DNA of 64,000 bases from an uncultured bacterium (GCA_963701085.1 OY969561.1:736001-800000), one strand, 5' to 3'. Positions 31,088-42,129 are shown, numbered from the stretch's first letter. The notes: generated from the sequence alone by a model not told the origin. Numbers and translations are program-made.

Positions 31088-32293
31088 GTGAAAAAAAATA
31101 CCTTAATCGTCCAATCATTACTTTTACTCCCATTACTCACCGCTGCACCTCTCTTGGGCATGGAATACAAAGAAAAACCAATATCACCTCGAAAAAGTAA
31201 AAGCCAAAAACGCCAAGCAAAACAAAACCAAAATAATACCATAAAAAAAGAACCTATCTCCTACGAAAATCTCAATAGACAACTGATGAGTGAACTTACA
31301 TCATCAACCATTTTTCAAAGCCAACGAGCACAAAACTCATCAGACTCAACTCCTACCAATGAGTACCACCCAATCGTAACTGAAACGGTCAAGACTGTAG
31401 TTGATTATAGTTCATTCCCATTCATAACAGAACTTATAGAAGAGCTTAATGCTGACCCATACGTAGCTCCAACCAACACCCTCATCCAATCTGAACATGA
31501 ATCCATAAACGTGACGCTACCAGAATGTATGCAATCAATCATAGTAAACCAAAACCTGTTGCAATCGGTGATGTTGCCAACAGAAGAAAAAGGATTAACG
31601 TTTTTAGAAAAAGTCTCTTACTATACAAGCACTAAAAGCCAAGTTGTACAAAGTATCATCAAACAACTAGAAAACAAAACCTTTGATGCCAGCAATCTTA
31701 CCTCATTCAATATTTTTACTGAAGCAATTACAACAGCAGCCAACAATAATGACGTTAACTCGCTTGCTACCATAGCGGATCTCTGCAGCAAAAACTATCC
31801 ACAAACAATTAGAATATTTGATGATGTCGTAGCACAACAGGCTTCTGGATTTTTGACCACACACTATATGACAGAGCTGACTCGTGCAAATGAAACAATG
31901 AAAAGCAGACGTCAAGAACATCTCAAAGAATGGACCGTAGAAACTGCTGCATGCGTAACAGCAATGACTGATATAATCACCAAATATAATCAATCAGTAA
32001 AAAACATTTCCGATAATTATCACAGCTCAATTGAACAAGAAGAAACACGTATCAAAACTCTCAGAACTCAGGTCAGCACATTTGGTTTACTTAATAAACC
32101 AATAAGAAACAACATAGATACATTGCTCGCTCATAACAAACTTGAACTCCCAACAAATAAGTTCGATTATACAATGCAGGCATCAGAATCAAAACTTAAT
32201 TCCTTAGCAAAAATAGCTAAAGATATGCCACAAATAATAACGTTTGACCCTAGTAAATTAGCAAAATGTCTCGAATTAGATCAAAAAAAGTAA
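31088..32293 (+). CDS. Exported coiled-coil hypothetical protein
   Basis: GTG start after AAGGA; signal ending G-ME. Confidence 0.75.
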   Translation: MKKNTLIVQSLLLLPLLTAAPLLGMEYKEKPISPRKSKSQKRQAKQNQNNTIKKEPISYENLNRQLMSELTSSTIFQSQRAQNSSDSTPTNEYHPIVTETVKTVVDYSSFPFITELIEELNADPYVAPTNTLIQSEHESINVTLPECMQSIIVNQNLLQSVMLPTEEKGLTFLEKVSYYTSTKSQVVQSIIKQLENKTFDASNLTSFNIFTEAITTAANNNDVNSLATIADLCSKNYPQTIRIFDDVVAQQASGFLTTHYMTELTRANETMKSRRQEHLKEWTVETAACVTAMTDIITKYNQSVKNISDNYHSSIEQEETRIKTLRTQVSTFGLLNKPIRNNIDTLLAHNKLELPTNKFDYTMQASESKLNSLAKIAKDMPQIITFDPSKLAKCLELDQKK

Positions 32294-32304
32294 ACACCTC
32301 ATCT

Positions 32305-32334
32305 GGGGCCAGAGCATATCTGGCCTCCTTTTTT
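32305..32334 (+). terminator. Rho-independent terminator
   Basis: GGGGCCAGA..TCTGGCCTCC followed by a T run. Confidence 0.7.
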
Positions 32335-32348
32335 ATAAGGATATGTAC

Positions 32349-33227
32349 ATGAAAAAAAATATTGCACATGCTCATTCATTGCTTCTGCTCCCATTAATTG
32401 CTTCATTTTCTTTGCTAGGCATGGAGGAGCAGGCAATAACTACAACCGATGATCAAAAAAAGAATTTTGAAGAATCTGTATTAATACCACCAATACCAAC
32501 AATCCGCGGCCTTGGTTTTGCCAGAGGACTCAAAGATTATATATGGAATGAAGAAGAGAATACTTACGCAGAACTCGTAAACAAACAAATAGATCTTACC
32601 AATTCAAGCTATCATCGCAAATTGGATACCACCGTAGAAATTTACTCTTCCACAAGAAAAAATAGTGACCGCCTTGCAAGCGTCCTTACGTTGTGCCGGC
32701 AAGAACCTTATAAAGGATTCATAAAAATTAATGATATCTCATCCTCCATGGCGCATATCTACCTTGTTCAAGAAAATAAAACCAAACAAACAAATCTTAA
32801 AAACACCATAGAGGAAAAAGATAAAGCATTCATAGAGAACTACAATGGTTTACTTGAAGGGCTACAAGACTCTGTGAAAGAAAAAGTTGATACAATGAAT
32901 ACACTGCTTAATTTGTATATCAAATCAAGAAATGATGATATTCAAGAAAAAGGTAATGAAATTAGAGTGCTTAAAAAAGCTCTCGTGAATCTTCACCACC
33001 TTAACAAAACATTCAAACTCCCCGAAGATAAAAAAACAGATGGTTACTGTTCAGATGAAGAAAAAAATCCAAACAATGTAGACACCTCTTACAATGACAA
33101 GCATCTGCTGGACAAAATAGATGCTACTTTTTCAATGAATGCAACAGAAACAAAAATTGAGCGTCTACTCAAAGCACTTCAGAATTTCAATGAAGCAATG
33201 CAAGGTATTCAAGCAGTCCGCTACTAA
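32349..33227 (+). CDS. Exported coiled-coil hypothetical protein
   Basis: Signal MKKN..SLLLLPL..LLGME nearly the same as the preceding gene. Confidence 0.75.
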   Translation: MKKNIAHAHSLLLLPLIASFSLLGMEEQAITTTDDQKKNFEESVLIPPIPTIRGLGFARGLKDYIWNEEENTYAELVNKQIDLTNSSYHRKLDTTVEIYSSTRKNSDRLASVLTLCRQEPYKGFIKINDISSSMAHIYLVQENKTKQTNLKNTIEEKDKAFIENYNGLLEGLQDSVKEKVDTMNTLLNLYIKSRNDDIQEKGNEIRVLKKALVNLHHLNKTFKLPEDKKTDGYCSDEEKNPNNVDTSYNDKHLLDKIDATFSMNATETKIERLLKALQNFNEAMQGIQAVRY

Positions 33228-33244
33228 AAAATTTCTAACTCAGT

Positions 33245-33272
33245 AGGCCAGCGTAAAACCTGGCCTTTTTTT
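33245..33272 (+). terminator. Rho-independent terminator
   Basis: AGGCCAG..CTGGCCT followed by a T run. Confidence 0.75.
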
Positions 33273-33938
33273 TTATACAACTCTACAAACAACTGCTACC
33301 GTGATTTTTCTTGGCTTTAATGCAAGCAACACTTTTGCTGCTGCACGCAACGTTGATCCTGTTGTCATTAAATCATCAATCAATAAAATATGCTTTCCCG
33401 CATATTCATGCGCCTGTACACCATTGAGCACAAACGCCTCCCTAAGATTCTCTACGCGCAGAGAGGAAACAAGCGTTGACTGGAATGCTGTTTTTTTTAC
33501 TCTTTTCAGCAGATGACACAAAGGAACATTTTTTTTCTTTTCTATAACACGCGCAATTTCATGCGCTTGATTAAATCCACGCCATGCATACCGGGTCCAA
33601 TGCAAAGGAATAGGCACGATTACATCATAATCAAGTTGTTGCAATGGCAAATGGTGCCACATCAGTTGCCCCATATTATGGCTTGCTAGTGCATCTGACC
33701 AACTTTTTGCCAAAATTAATTTTTTGAGAGGATCTTTATAATCTGAAATGGCGAGCACCGTCATAGAAAAACTGGGAGTCACATCAATGTGCTTGGATAC
33801 TATCGGAAAAATTTTATGCTTACATTCAGCACAAAAAATATCTGCTGTAGATAAAAAACATTTACAATATGCGCACAGGGATGGCATAAGAAACAAGCGC
33901 AAATTATTTTTTACAAGAGAAAAAAGAGAGTACAGCAT
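33273..33938 (-). CDS. comF: ComF family protein
   Basis: CxxC..CxxC, VPIPLH..RGFNQ, LLIDDLMTTGST. Confidence 0.93.
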   Translation of the reverse strand: MLYSLFSLVKNNLRLFLMPSLCAYCKCFLSTADIFCAECKHKIFPIVSKHIDVTPSFSMTVLAISDYKDPLKKLILAKSWSDALASHNMGQLMWHHLPLQQLDYDVIVPIPLHWTRYAWRGFNQAHEIARVIEKKKNVPLCHLLKRVKKTAFQSTLVSSLRVENLREAFVLNGVQAHEYAGKHILLIDDLMTTGSTLRAAAKVLLALKPRKITVAVVCRVV

Positions 33939-33940
33939 AT

Positions 33941-34396
33941 TTATTTTTCATATCGCAATAATAATATGCCAACACCAAGAACAATCATTGCATCTGCTAT
34001 GTTAAAAACAGGCCATGATAGCTCACCATAAGAGAGTACAATAAAATCAATCACTCCATGATAGAGCACACGGTCAACAACATTACATAATGAACCTGCG
34101 ATAATACAAACCTCTCCCCAAATAACATTACCGCGACGATAATTGTGGTATGCATACCAACACAACACTGCCGTGATCATTGTTATTATTAATGAAACAA
34201 AAATAAACAGTGCATCACTATCTCCATGAAACATGCCCCATGAAATTCCACGGTTAAACAGTACATCAAAAGATAAGAAGGCATTAACCACATACGCGTT
34301 TTCTGTACACCATGCAAGTGCTGCCAATTTGGTTATACGGTCAATAATAAAAATAAAGGCACCAAAAAAAAGGTACCCGTATATGTTTTTTTTCAT
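33941..34396 (-). CDS. lspA: Lipoprotein signal peptidase II
   Basis: DRITK, NRGISWG, NVVDR..GVIDF, VFNIAD; start overlaps the pheT stop. Confidence 0.95.
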   Translation of the reverse strand: MKKNIYGYLFFGAFIFIIDRITKLAALAWCTENAYVVNAFLSFDVLFNRGISWGMFHGDSDALFIFVSLIITMITAVLCWYAYHNYRRGNVIWGEVCIIAGSLCNVVDRVLYHGVIDFIVLSYGELSWPVFNIADAMIVLGVGILLLRYEK

Positions 34397-36759
34397 TACC
34401 TGATCACCGCTCCCTGCTGCTGCAATTGCGCAATAACACGGCTCCACATTTCTTCAACTTCATCCGCAACCAACGTTTTTTCTTTATCACACATCTCCAC
34501 ATGGAATGTCATTGCCTTTTGATCTTTCCAATCAGGTTTAGCAAAAAAATCAATAAGTGCAACCGCTTCAATGCGTGAATCAACTGCCTTTATCATTTTC
34601 GTCAGCGCATCAGCAGTCACCATAACAGGAATTAACATACTCACGTCACGGCGCACGGATGGATATTTTGGTAACGGCTCAAAGCGAACAAGTGGACGCT
34701 TATATTCAATAAGATAATCAGCATTAATTTCAAAAATAAATGCAGCGCCACCGGCAGGTGAAAGTGATTGTATTACAGAATCATCAACCATGCCCGCAAT
34801 ACCAATACGTTTATCATCGTGCATAAGTACCGCTGTTTGATGTGCTGAGCACCATGAAAAATCAACCCCATCACGAATCGACCACACAACATTCATATGC
34901 AACTCATCAAACATACGCATAAGCATTGCTTTGCCGGCATAAAAATCTATACCTCCCGATTGATCAAAAAATATACCACTTACTGATTTTTGCTCAATAA
35001 TATCTTCACCCTGCATGTGCCATACGCGTCCCCATTCAAAAAATCGCAATGCGGTGTGATGAATGCTATTTTCACCAACAGCTTTAAGAAGATGTGGCTG
35101 CAATGTAGTAACTAAACGTGTATAATTTTCAGAAATAGGATTTTTTATTGCAACAAAATCGGTTGGCTGCCATGCAAGTTCACGCAATACTGATTCATCA
35201 AAAAAAGAGTATCCATACAACTCATGCATCATGAGACCATAACTCAAGAATTTTTTTATGGCACGAGTAGTATAGGTTTTATGCAAATCAGAGGGACGTA
35301 ATCGCAATGCAGGCATCACGCGTGGCAATGTATCATAGCCAATATATCGGCCAACCTCTTCTACAATATCTTCAGGAATTTTGACATCTTTTGTTGCACG
35401 GAAAGATGGCACCGTAATAGTATATATAATTTCTTCATGCTCAATAGATTGCGCTATGCCAAACCCAATGCGCTCTAAAATTGCAATAATGCGCTCAGGT
35501 TTAATAAGTATACCAAGACGCGCTTCAATAAAGTCATGCTCTACCGTAACATATTTTGGCTGTTGTAGGCGCCCCAATGATACAATATGATCACTTGTCT
35601 GATACATTACGCCTGCAGCATCAAGCAGAAAAAGATATCGCTTTAATGCATCAACGTTTTGATGAGGATCAAGACTTTTTTCAAAACGCATAGAAGCTTC
35701 GGTTCTTTTTTTATGACGCGCTGATGTACGTCTGATTGTTGTTGCATCAAAATTGGCTGATTCCAATACTACTGATTTTGTGCGCGCGGAAATACCGCTT
35801 TGTGCTCCGCCCATAATACCGGCAAGAGAAATTGCTTTACCACCATCAGCGATCACAATATCATCTGGTGTTAATTCAACTGTTTCACCATCAAGCAACA
35901 GTAATTTTTCTGCCTGCCCTTTGGAGCCTTGGCGAAATAGGGTCTGTGCGGTAGCAATAGTTATTTTTCTTGATTGCAGCACATCAGCATCAAAGGCATG
36001 CATTGGTTGACCCAGATCAAGCATGACATAATTAGTGAGATCAACAAGTAAATCTATAGATCTGCTATCAAGACGGCTTAATCTCACCACCATGTTCAAT
36101 TGCGATGCTCGTGGCGTAATTGATGGAATATACAATGCCGCAAAACGGCTGCACAAATCTGTTTGAATAGAAATGGTAAACGGATTATGAACATCAGCTT
36201 GTGCGGTTAATTCATGCGCGATAACATCTTTTTGCGCAATACATCCATCAAGTGGCCGCAGTTGCACATCAAGAATAGCAGCAATTTCACGCGCAAGGCC
36301 ACGATGCCCCCATAAATCGGGACGACTATTAATTGATTTATTATCAACTTCTATAACATAATCATGTAATTCTACGGTTGTCTTCCATCCACCTGAGCGT
36401 AAATCTGCTTGCACATCAAGAGCTGGCAATAGCATCTCTTTTGTTCCACCCAACATAACTGATGTTGCCCATTTCTGAGCATTGCCGGCATCAGTTATCA
36501 TGAATAACGCTCCCACAATAGCATCTGCACGTATTGGTAATATATATTTTTTATTACGCTCTACTGAATGCACGGTCACGCCATCAGCTGCAATTGCAAC
36601 AACTTCTGCAAGAGTGAGCTCATCGGTGTTGAGGGTAACTTTTCTCCACCCTTCAATTTCCGCCGTTGTCTTTATAAAATTATCAACAAGCTGTGCAACA
36701 TCTATACGTGATAATTCGCCTTTAATATGATCAAAAATCCAGTTCAATGATATTTTCAT
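34396..36759 (-). CDS. pheT: Phenylalanine-tRNA ligase beta subunit
   Basis: MKISLNWI, RPDLWGHRGLARE, TNYVMLDLGQPMHAFD, ESANF, RFEK, DIVEEVGR, KYPSVRRD; OB-fold region appears degenerate. Confidence 0.97.
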   Translation of the reverse strand: MKISLNWIFDHIKGELSRIDVAQLVDNFIKTTAEIEGWRKVTLNTDELTLAEVVAIAADGVTVHSVERNKKYILPIRADAIVGALFMITDAGNAQKWATSVMLGGTKEMLLPALDVQADLRSGGWKTTVELHDYVIEVDNKSINSRPDLWGHRGLAREIAAILDVQLRPLDGCIAQKDVIAHELTAQADVHNPFTISIQTDLCSRFAALYIPSITPRASQLNMVVRLSRLDSRSIDLLVDLTNYVMLDLGQPMHAFDADVLQSRKITIATAQTLFRQGSKGQAEKLLLLDGETVELTPDDIVIADGGKAISLAGIMGGAQSGISARTKSVVLESANFDATTIRRTSARHKKRTEASMRFEKSLDPHQNVDALKRYLFLLDAAGVMYQTSDHIVSLGRLQQPKYVTVEHDFIEARLGILIKPERIIAILERIGFGIAQSIEHEEIIYTITVPSFRATKDVKIPEDIVEEVGRYIGYDTLPRVMPALRLRPSDLHKTYTTRAIKKFLSYGLMMHELYGYSFFDESVLRELAWQPTDFVAIKNPISENYTRLVTTLQPHLLKAVGENSIHHTALRFFEWGRVWHMQGEDIIEQKSVSGIFFDQSGGIDFYAGKAMLMRMFDELHMNVVWSIRDGVDFSWCSAHQTAVLMHDDKRIGIAGMVDDSVIQSLSPAGGAAFIFEINADYLIEYKRPLVRFEPLPKYPSVRRDVSMLIPVMVTADALTKMIKAVDSRIEAVALIDFFAKPDWKDQKAMTFHVEMCDKEKTLVADEVEEMWSRVIAQLQQQGAVIR
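35911..35943 (-). repeat. B-type palindromic element in frame in pheT (TLFRQGSKGQA)
   Basis: ACCCTATTTCGCCAAGGCTCCAAAGGGCAGGCA matches the 11272, 42060 and 60148 copies. Confidence 0.8.
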
Positions 36760-36842
36760 TGCGATACTCTTTTTTAGTAAAAAAATAACCAAATATATAT
36801 CTAGGATAGCTCAAATGGCAGATCTTTCAATGAAACACCATA

Positions 36843-36881
36843 AAAAAAAGAGGCTTGGAACTTATCCAAGCCTCTTTTTTT
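36843..36881. terminator. Rho-independent terminator (bidirectional form)
   Basis: AAAAAAAGAGGCTTGGA-ACTTA-TCCAAGCCTCTTTTTTT. Confidence 0.88.
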
Positions 36882-36912
36882 ATTAACGTATCGATTAATT
36901 TTCAGAACACGT

Positions 36913-37542
36913 TTACTGTCTGTTGATGTACGCTTCAGATCTGAAATAATCAAACATAAGCGATGCGCCAAATGCACCAAGCAATGGTCCAGCAATATAC
37001 ACTATCACGCTTGCCATGCCGCCCATCACTCCATCTTTTGCCATGTTGCATGCCATTGATGCAATTGCAACTGCTGGATTAAAAAGACTTCCTGCAGAAA
37101 CTATTGCCATTAAAGTCAACCCAATAACAATTCCTGCAATTGCAGTATCTTTATAACGATTACTTACATTCATGGTTAAGTACACCCAACACAATACCAA
37201 CACCAATAATGCTTCAATCGCCATAGGACCAACAAGCGGACTTCCTGGTACCATATCTAACGTAAAGCTGTTATTGGTAATCATCATAAAAAAGCATAAC
37301 GCTGCAACCGCACCAAGAGATTGTGCTGCAATATACATTCCCATATCAGCAAGCTTTAACCTCTTTTGAACGAAACATGCAAAACTAATCGCTGGATTAA
37401 AATGAGCACCAGAAACGTGCCCACCAACATAGATCATCGCCATCAACATAAGCCCAATTGCAATCGGGTTGCCAATTAAACTAATCGCTACCGTCAAAAA
37501 GAACGTACCTACAAACTCCATTGCATACCGCTTCATACTCAT
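36913..37542 (-). CDS. Aquaporin / MIP family channel
   Basis: EFVGTF, SGAHFNPA, second FNPAV. Confidence 0.93.
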   Translation of the reverse strand: MSMKRYAMEFVGTFFLTVAISLIGNPIAIGLMLMAMIYVGGHVSGAHFNPAISFACFVQKRLKLADMGMYIAAQSLGAVAALCFFMMITNNSFTLDMVPGSPLVGPMAIEALLVLVLCWVYLTMNVSNRYKDTAIAGIVIGLTLMAIVSAGSLFNPAVAIASMACNMAKDGVMGGMASVIVYIAGPLLGAFGASLMFDYFRSEAYINRQ

Positions 37543-37719
37543 CCTTCCTCATTTTTTGGACATATACAATACAACTACTAACCCTTCGATTATTAGCAGA
37601 TCATTAAAATTATGCAAGTTTTGTGTAAAAAATTACGCAAGTCTGCAATAAAAAGAAATTGCTGCCAAAAAAAAACGGTGATATAGTAAATATAACAACA
37701 GATTCATCACCTTCTTTCC

Positions 37720-38484
37720 ATGAAAAACATTACCATGAATAATGAAATTTTACGCATCAACTCACTCACAAAAACATATGATGGCAATGGTCACATTGTA
37801 CACGCACTTAATGATGTTTCATTCAGCATCAATACCGGTGAAATATTTAGCCTGCTTGGGGTAAACGGTGCGGGGAAAACAACCTTATCTTCTATTTTAG
37901 CAACCCTCCACCCACCAACATCAGGTGATGTTCTTTATAATGGATCATCAATTTATAATGATATTGATAGCTATCGCATGGATCTTGGCTTCTGCCCACA
38001 ACACCAAAACTTGGATCAATTTTTAACTGTTGAAGAAAATTTATATTTTGCTGGGCGTTATTTTTTAGTTCCAAAAAATATTCTTGCCGAACGAGTTGCC
38101 TATCTTCTTGAACATTTTGGATTACAGCAATATGCCAATTTTGAGATCAATGAACTTTCTGGCGGCAACAAACAACGTGTTCTTATTGCCCGTGCATTAA
38201 TACACAATCCAAAAATTATCATCTTTGATGAACCAACAGTTGGCCTAGACCCTGATATTCGTCGCGCATTATGGGAACAGATTAAATCATTAAAGAAAAT
38301 GGGTATCACCATTATTTTAACAACACATTACCTTGATGAAGCAGAACAACTATCTGATAGAGTCTGTTTTTTACACAGGGGAAAAGTAATTCTCATTGAT
38401 TCCGTGCAAAACTTAAAAACACAGTACAACAATAATCACCTTGAAGATATATTTATTGAACTTGTACGCGAACAAAAAGAGTAG
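37720..38484 (+). CDS. ABC-2 type exporter ATP-binding protein
   Basis: GVNGAGKTT, LSGG, DEPTVGLD, TTHYLDEAE. Confidence 0.95.
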   Translation: MKNITMNNEILRINSLTKTYDGNGHIVHALNDVSFSINTGEIFSLLGVNGAGKTTLSSILATLHPPTSGDVLYNGSSIYNDIDSYRMDLGFCPQHQNLDQFLTVEENLYFAGRYFLVPKNILAERVAYLLEHFGLQQYANFEINELSGGNKQRVLIARALIHNPKIIIFDEPTVGLDPDIRRALWEQIKSLKKMGITIILTTHYLDEAEQLSDRVCFLHRGKVILIDSVQNLKTQYNNNHLEDIFIELVREQKE

Positions 38485-38491
38485 GAGCCTA

Positions 38492-39283
38492 ATGAACACA
38501 TTTACCCATAATATCGCAATCTTTTGGGCGCTTATTACGCGAGATCTCAAAGTACTCAAACACCGCTTAAGCAACCTCATTATTGATGGATTAATTTTAG
38601 TGTGCGTAACCGTACTTACATTTGGTTATCTTTTACCATTGCTCGGCATGCCAACAACACTCATTGCACCAATTTTTCTTGGTAACTCGCTCTCATTTTT
38701 TCTTGCATCACTGGGGTACAACTTTGCAACACGCATGGTCTATGATCTTAAATTCGATCATTTTATCGATTATTTTTTAACATTACCATTACCAAGACGT
38801 TGGCTATTTGCCTATTTTATTAGCTCATTTATTATTGAAAGCAGCATTGTTACCTTACCACTCGTAACCTTTGGCATTATATTATTAGGCAAAAACTTTG
38901 GCCCCATTAATGGTAGCTTTATCACATTTTTAGCTGTTTATTTTTTGGTACTACTGTTTTGGGCACTTTTTTTCTTGGGCTCAAGTTTTACCTGCAGTTA
39001 TCAATGGTTCAAAAACAATATGTGGGCACGTCGCATTATGCCACTTTTTGTACTCAGTTCTGCATTTTTCACGTTCAAAACAGTTGCCTCTATTATGCCA
39101 ATATTTAGCACAATAATGCTCTGTAATCCATTGACCTATCTTGTTGAAGGGTTACGCACTGCACTGCTTGGTGGCACTGATTATCTACCATTAACAACCT
39201 GCGTGATGGGTATATTTGTTGCCATAATAATAATGTCTTTCAGATTACATTATGGCATCCACAAACAACTTGATCCGGTATAG
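38492..39283 (+). CDS. ABC-2 type permease
   Basis: Multiple TMs, NPLTYLVEGLR. Confidence 0.9.
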   Translation: MNTFTHNIAIFWALITRDLKVLKHRLSNLIIDGLILVCVTVLTFGYLLPLLGMPTTLIAPIFLGNSLSFFLASLGYNFATRMVYDLKFDHFIDYFLTLPLPRRWLFAYFISSFIIESSIVTLPLVTFGIILLGKNFGPINGSFITFLAVYFLVLLFWALFFLGSSFTCSYQWFKNNMWARRIMPLFVLSSAFFTFKTVASIMPIFSTIMLCNPLTYLVEGLRTALLGGTDYLPLTTCVMGIFVAIIIMSFRLHYGIHKQLDPV

Positions 39284-39294
39284 GAATAAACAAC

Positions 39295-40092
39295 ATGTTA
39301 TCAAAAAAAACAGTCCAAACAGCGTACATTTTTATGCAATTTTTACGACGTGATGCATATGTCCACACACGTCAATTGCGTGATCATATAATCAATTACT
39401 CACTCATTTATCCCACGCTTTATATGTTTTGCTTTGCATACCTACAAACAGCAATCTACTTTCATGGACAAAGCCGCATTGGCGCAATTGTATTTTCTGG
39501 CACCTGTCTTGTTCCACTCGTGGTAATGGCATTCCATATTACGTTTGATTTATTGTTTGATTTAGAAAAAAATCGCCACATCGATTATCAAATGATGGCA
39601 CTCAAACCACACTTAATAATTATTGAACAAATTCTCTTTTCTTCTATTTTTACCTTTTTTATTATGATTCCGTTTTTTCCTCTTGCACGTATTTTTGCAA
39701 GCTCTTGTATTGACCTGAGGCATATCTCATGGCCATCACTTTATCTTATACTTTATTGTGGATCTCTCTGCGTTTCTGCGTATCACAAACTTGCAGCAAC
39801 ACTACTCACCGTGGAAAAAATTAGCATGTTTTGGACACGCATAAATCACATCTTGCTTGTACTTGGCGGCTTTTGGATTCCGCTTTATACCATACGTTCA
39901 TTTTCACCAACACTTGGTTTTATGCTTCGCTTTAATCCCATTGTCTATCTGACCGAAGGATTACGACAATCTATTGTTGGCGGCAATGATTTTTTACCAA
40001 TTTCCCAATGCGTTGCAGCACTACTTATTCTCAGCGTCCTGTTTACCGCACTCGCATGCCATTTCTTTAAAAAACGCGTTGACCATATATAA
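39295..40092 (+). CDS. ABC-2 type permease
   Basis: Multiple TMs, NPIVYLTEGLR. Confidence 0.9.
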   Translation: MLSKKTVQTAYIFMQFLRRDAYVHTRQLRDHIINYSLIYPTLYMFCFAYLQTAIYFHGQSRIGAIVFSGTCLVPLVVMAFHITFDLLFDLEKNRHIDYQMMALKPHLIIIEQILFSSIFTFFIMIPFFPLARIFASSCIDLRHISWPSLYLILYCGSLCVSAYHKLAATLLTVEKISMFWTRINHILLVLGGFWIPLYTIRSFSPTLGFMLRFNPIVYLTEGLRQSIVGGNDFLPISQCVAALLILSVLFTALACHFFKKRVDHI

Positions 40093-40170
40093 ATAACGTG
40101 AGTTCGACAGCCAAACCAATAAATGCTATAAAATGCATAATATTTTTGTAGCGCTCAAAAAAGGATATTG

Positions 40171-41070
40171 ATGAAAAAAAATCTATTAATCATCCCATCC
40201 CTTTGCACCATTCTTGCTCACGCAATGGAAACAAATTCTTTCAGTATTATGCACTACGGAACAATAATTAATCTCACCAAACAATCTTTATGTACTGTTG
40301 TCAATAATGTCGATCTTGTCATTGTTGGAAGACACGAACAGCAACTGTTACAATTTTCCTCACCTGATTTTTCCTATACACCAGGAGAAATGTACTATGC
40401 AGACAACACTATTTACACAAAAAATAAAGAGTATGATAGCGCTTCTGACGATGATACGTATAAACCATTTGCCGAGGAAAATAAAAGACTGCTTCGGAAA
40501 AAAACCGAGCAAAAAATAATAAGCAACATTGTAATACAGATTGCAGAACCACGCATTCCACAAATTATCTGGTATCGAGACCCTCGCACCAATACACCAA
40601 CCCCCACCCCTCATTATGAAACTACAAGACCCAATAAAAATAGCCCCTTTTTTAGTCATCACCTCACCTTCGATGGCGCTCAAGCTATTATCGAAGCTTC
40701 AAAAGATTTATCTCTATGTTACGCAACAGCTTTAACAGACGGACTTTATCAATTATTTAAAAAAAAAGATAAAAGCATAGCTCTTGCCACACTCAGCGCT
40801 GACGTTGGTTTTCCAAGAGAAAAAGCTGCACCAATTGCTGTAAAAGAAGTTCTTACATTTGTTAGAAACAATCCAAAAGCATATGCCCGCATAGAACTGT
40901 TTGTAAAAAAACGCTCAGAATTTACCTTATACAAACAACTCTTAAATGCATACTGGGAAAGAATATGCCCTTTGTATTGCGCACATAAAGATCAAGACAG
41001 CCTCTTATCAAATGTACCACGTGATATAATAGACTATATAACATGGCTCATGGAACAGATAAAAAAATAA
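40171..41070 (+). CDS. Exported degenerate macrodomain protein with C-terminal F-box-like motif (array copy 1)
   Basis: A-ME signal; LSLCYATAL, SIALATLSADVGFPREKAAPIAV; LSNVPRDIIDYI. Confidence 0.75.
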   Translation: MKKNLLIIPSLCTILAHAMETNSFSIMHYGTIINLTKQSLCTVVNNVDLVIVGRHEQQLLQFSSPDFSYTPGEMYYADNTIYTKNKEYDSASDDDTYKPFAEENKRLLRKKTEQKIISNIVIQIAEPRIPQIIWYRDPRTNTPTPTPHYETTRPNKNSPFFSHHLTFDGAQAIIEASKDLSLCYATALTDGLYQLFKKKDKSIALATLSADVGFPREKAAPIAVKEVLTFVRNNPKAYARIELFVKKRSEFTLYKQLLNAYWERICPLYCAHKDQDSLLSNVPRDIIDYITWLMEQIKK

Positions 41071-41088
41071 TATTTTTTAAGGATCTTA

Positions 41089-42006
41089 ATGCAAAAAAAT
41101 ATTCTCATACTCGCATCTCTTGCCACCACATTTATTCACGGCATGGAAACAGTTTCTTTACATCAGGCAACAATAAATTCTTGGAGCATTTTATACTATA
41201 CAACAAAAATTCATCTCACCCAAGAATCGTTGTTTGATGTAAGTGATAAAGTTGATATTACCGTTGTTGGTAAATATCAACAAAAGATGTTAGGTGATGA
41301 CGAAACTTATGCTTACGATACCATAGGAATAACATATTTTCCTGATCCTCCTATTATTTATCAAAAAAAAAATAATAATAGCTCTTCTGTTAATGATACC
41401 TATAACCCCTATCATCCAGAAAAAAAAAATTTACCAAGTGATAGCAAAATAATAGAAAGAAACCATCTGGTAAAAGTCGTGGAACCTTGCATCATTCAAA
41501 AATATCACACAAAAAAAATCGGTGGAAAAATTATCCGTACAATTACCAAAAGAAAAACAATTTCTAAAAATGTAACCTTAAAAAACAATATCCCCATATT
41601 TTCAGAAGAGAAAAAACATGCATTAGCTCGCTGCTATGATAATGTTTTATTGTCTCCTCGATTTACGATTATCATGAGTTATGCTATAAAGAATTATAAT
41701 AAAAAAAGAAGCATCGCCCTTCCAACACTCAGCGTTGATTTTGGTTTTCCAAGACAAGAAGCAGCTTCCATTGCAGTAACAACAATTGTTAATTTTATAA
41801 GAAACAATCAAAATATGTATGACAATATATACTTTATCATAGAAAAACAATCTGATTTTAATATATATAAAAAATTACTTTTAAAGCCTTGGAAAAAAAT
41901 AATTCTTTTTTTATGTGCATCTCAAGATAAGGGAAGTACTTTATCAATACTACCACCAGATATCATATGGCACATCGTGGCTGGGGATTTATCTTTTAAT
42001 TCTTAA
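41089..42006 (+). CDS. Degenerate macrodomain + F-box-like protein (copy 2)
   Basis: G-ME signal; LARCYDNVL, SIALPTLSVDFGFPRQEAASIAV; LSILPPDIIWHI. Confidence 0.75.
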   Translation: MQKNILILASLATTFIHGMETVSLHQATINSWSILYYTTKIHLTQESLFDVSDKVDITVVGKYQQKMLGDDETYAYDTIGITYFPDPPIIYQKKNNNSSSVNDTYNPYHPEKKNLPSDSKIIERNHLVKVVEPCIIQKYHTKKIGGKIIRTITKRKTISKNVTLKNNIPIFSEEKKHALARCYDNVLLSPRFTIIMSYAIKNYNKKRSIALPTLSVDFGFPRQEAASIAVTTIVNFIRNNQNMYDNIYFIIEKQSDFNIYKKLLLKPWKKIILFLCASQDKGSTLSILPPDIIWHIVAGDLSFNS

Positions 42007-42043
42007 ATTATGTTATAATAATAAACAAACAATCTTATATTTC

Positions 42044-42103
42044 TCCTGCGCTCATCCTGCCTGCCCGACGAAGCCTTGGCAAAGTAGGGAACTTGTTGAA
42101 GGA
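42044..42103. repeat. A-type element interrupted by a 30-bp B-type element (42060-42089)
   Basis: Removing the insert restores CCTGCGCTCATCCTGAACTTGTTGAAGGA, compare 57282. Confidence 0.85.
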
Positions 42104-42129
42104 TTAAGCGCAATAAAACAGGTCTTACT

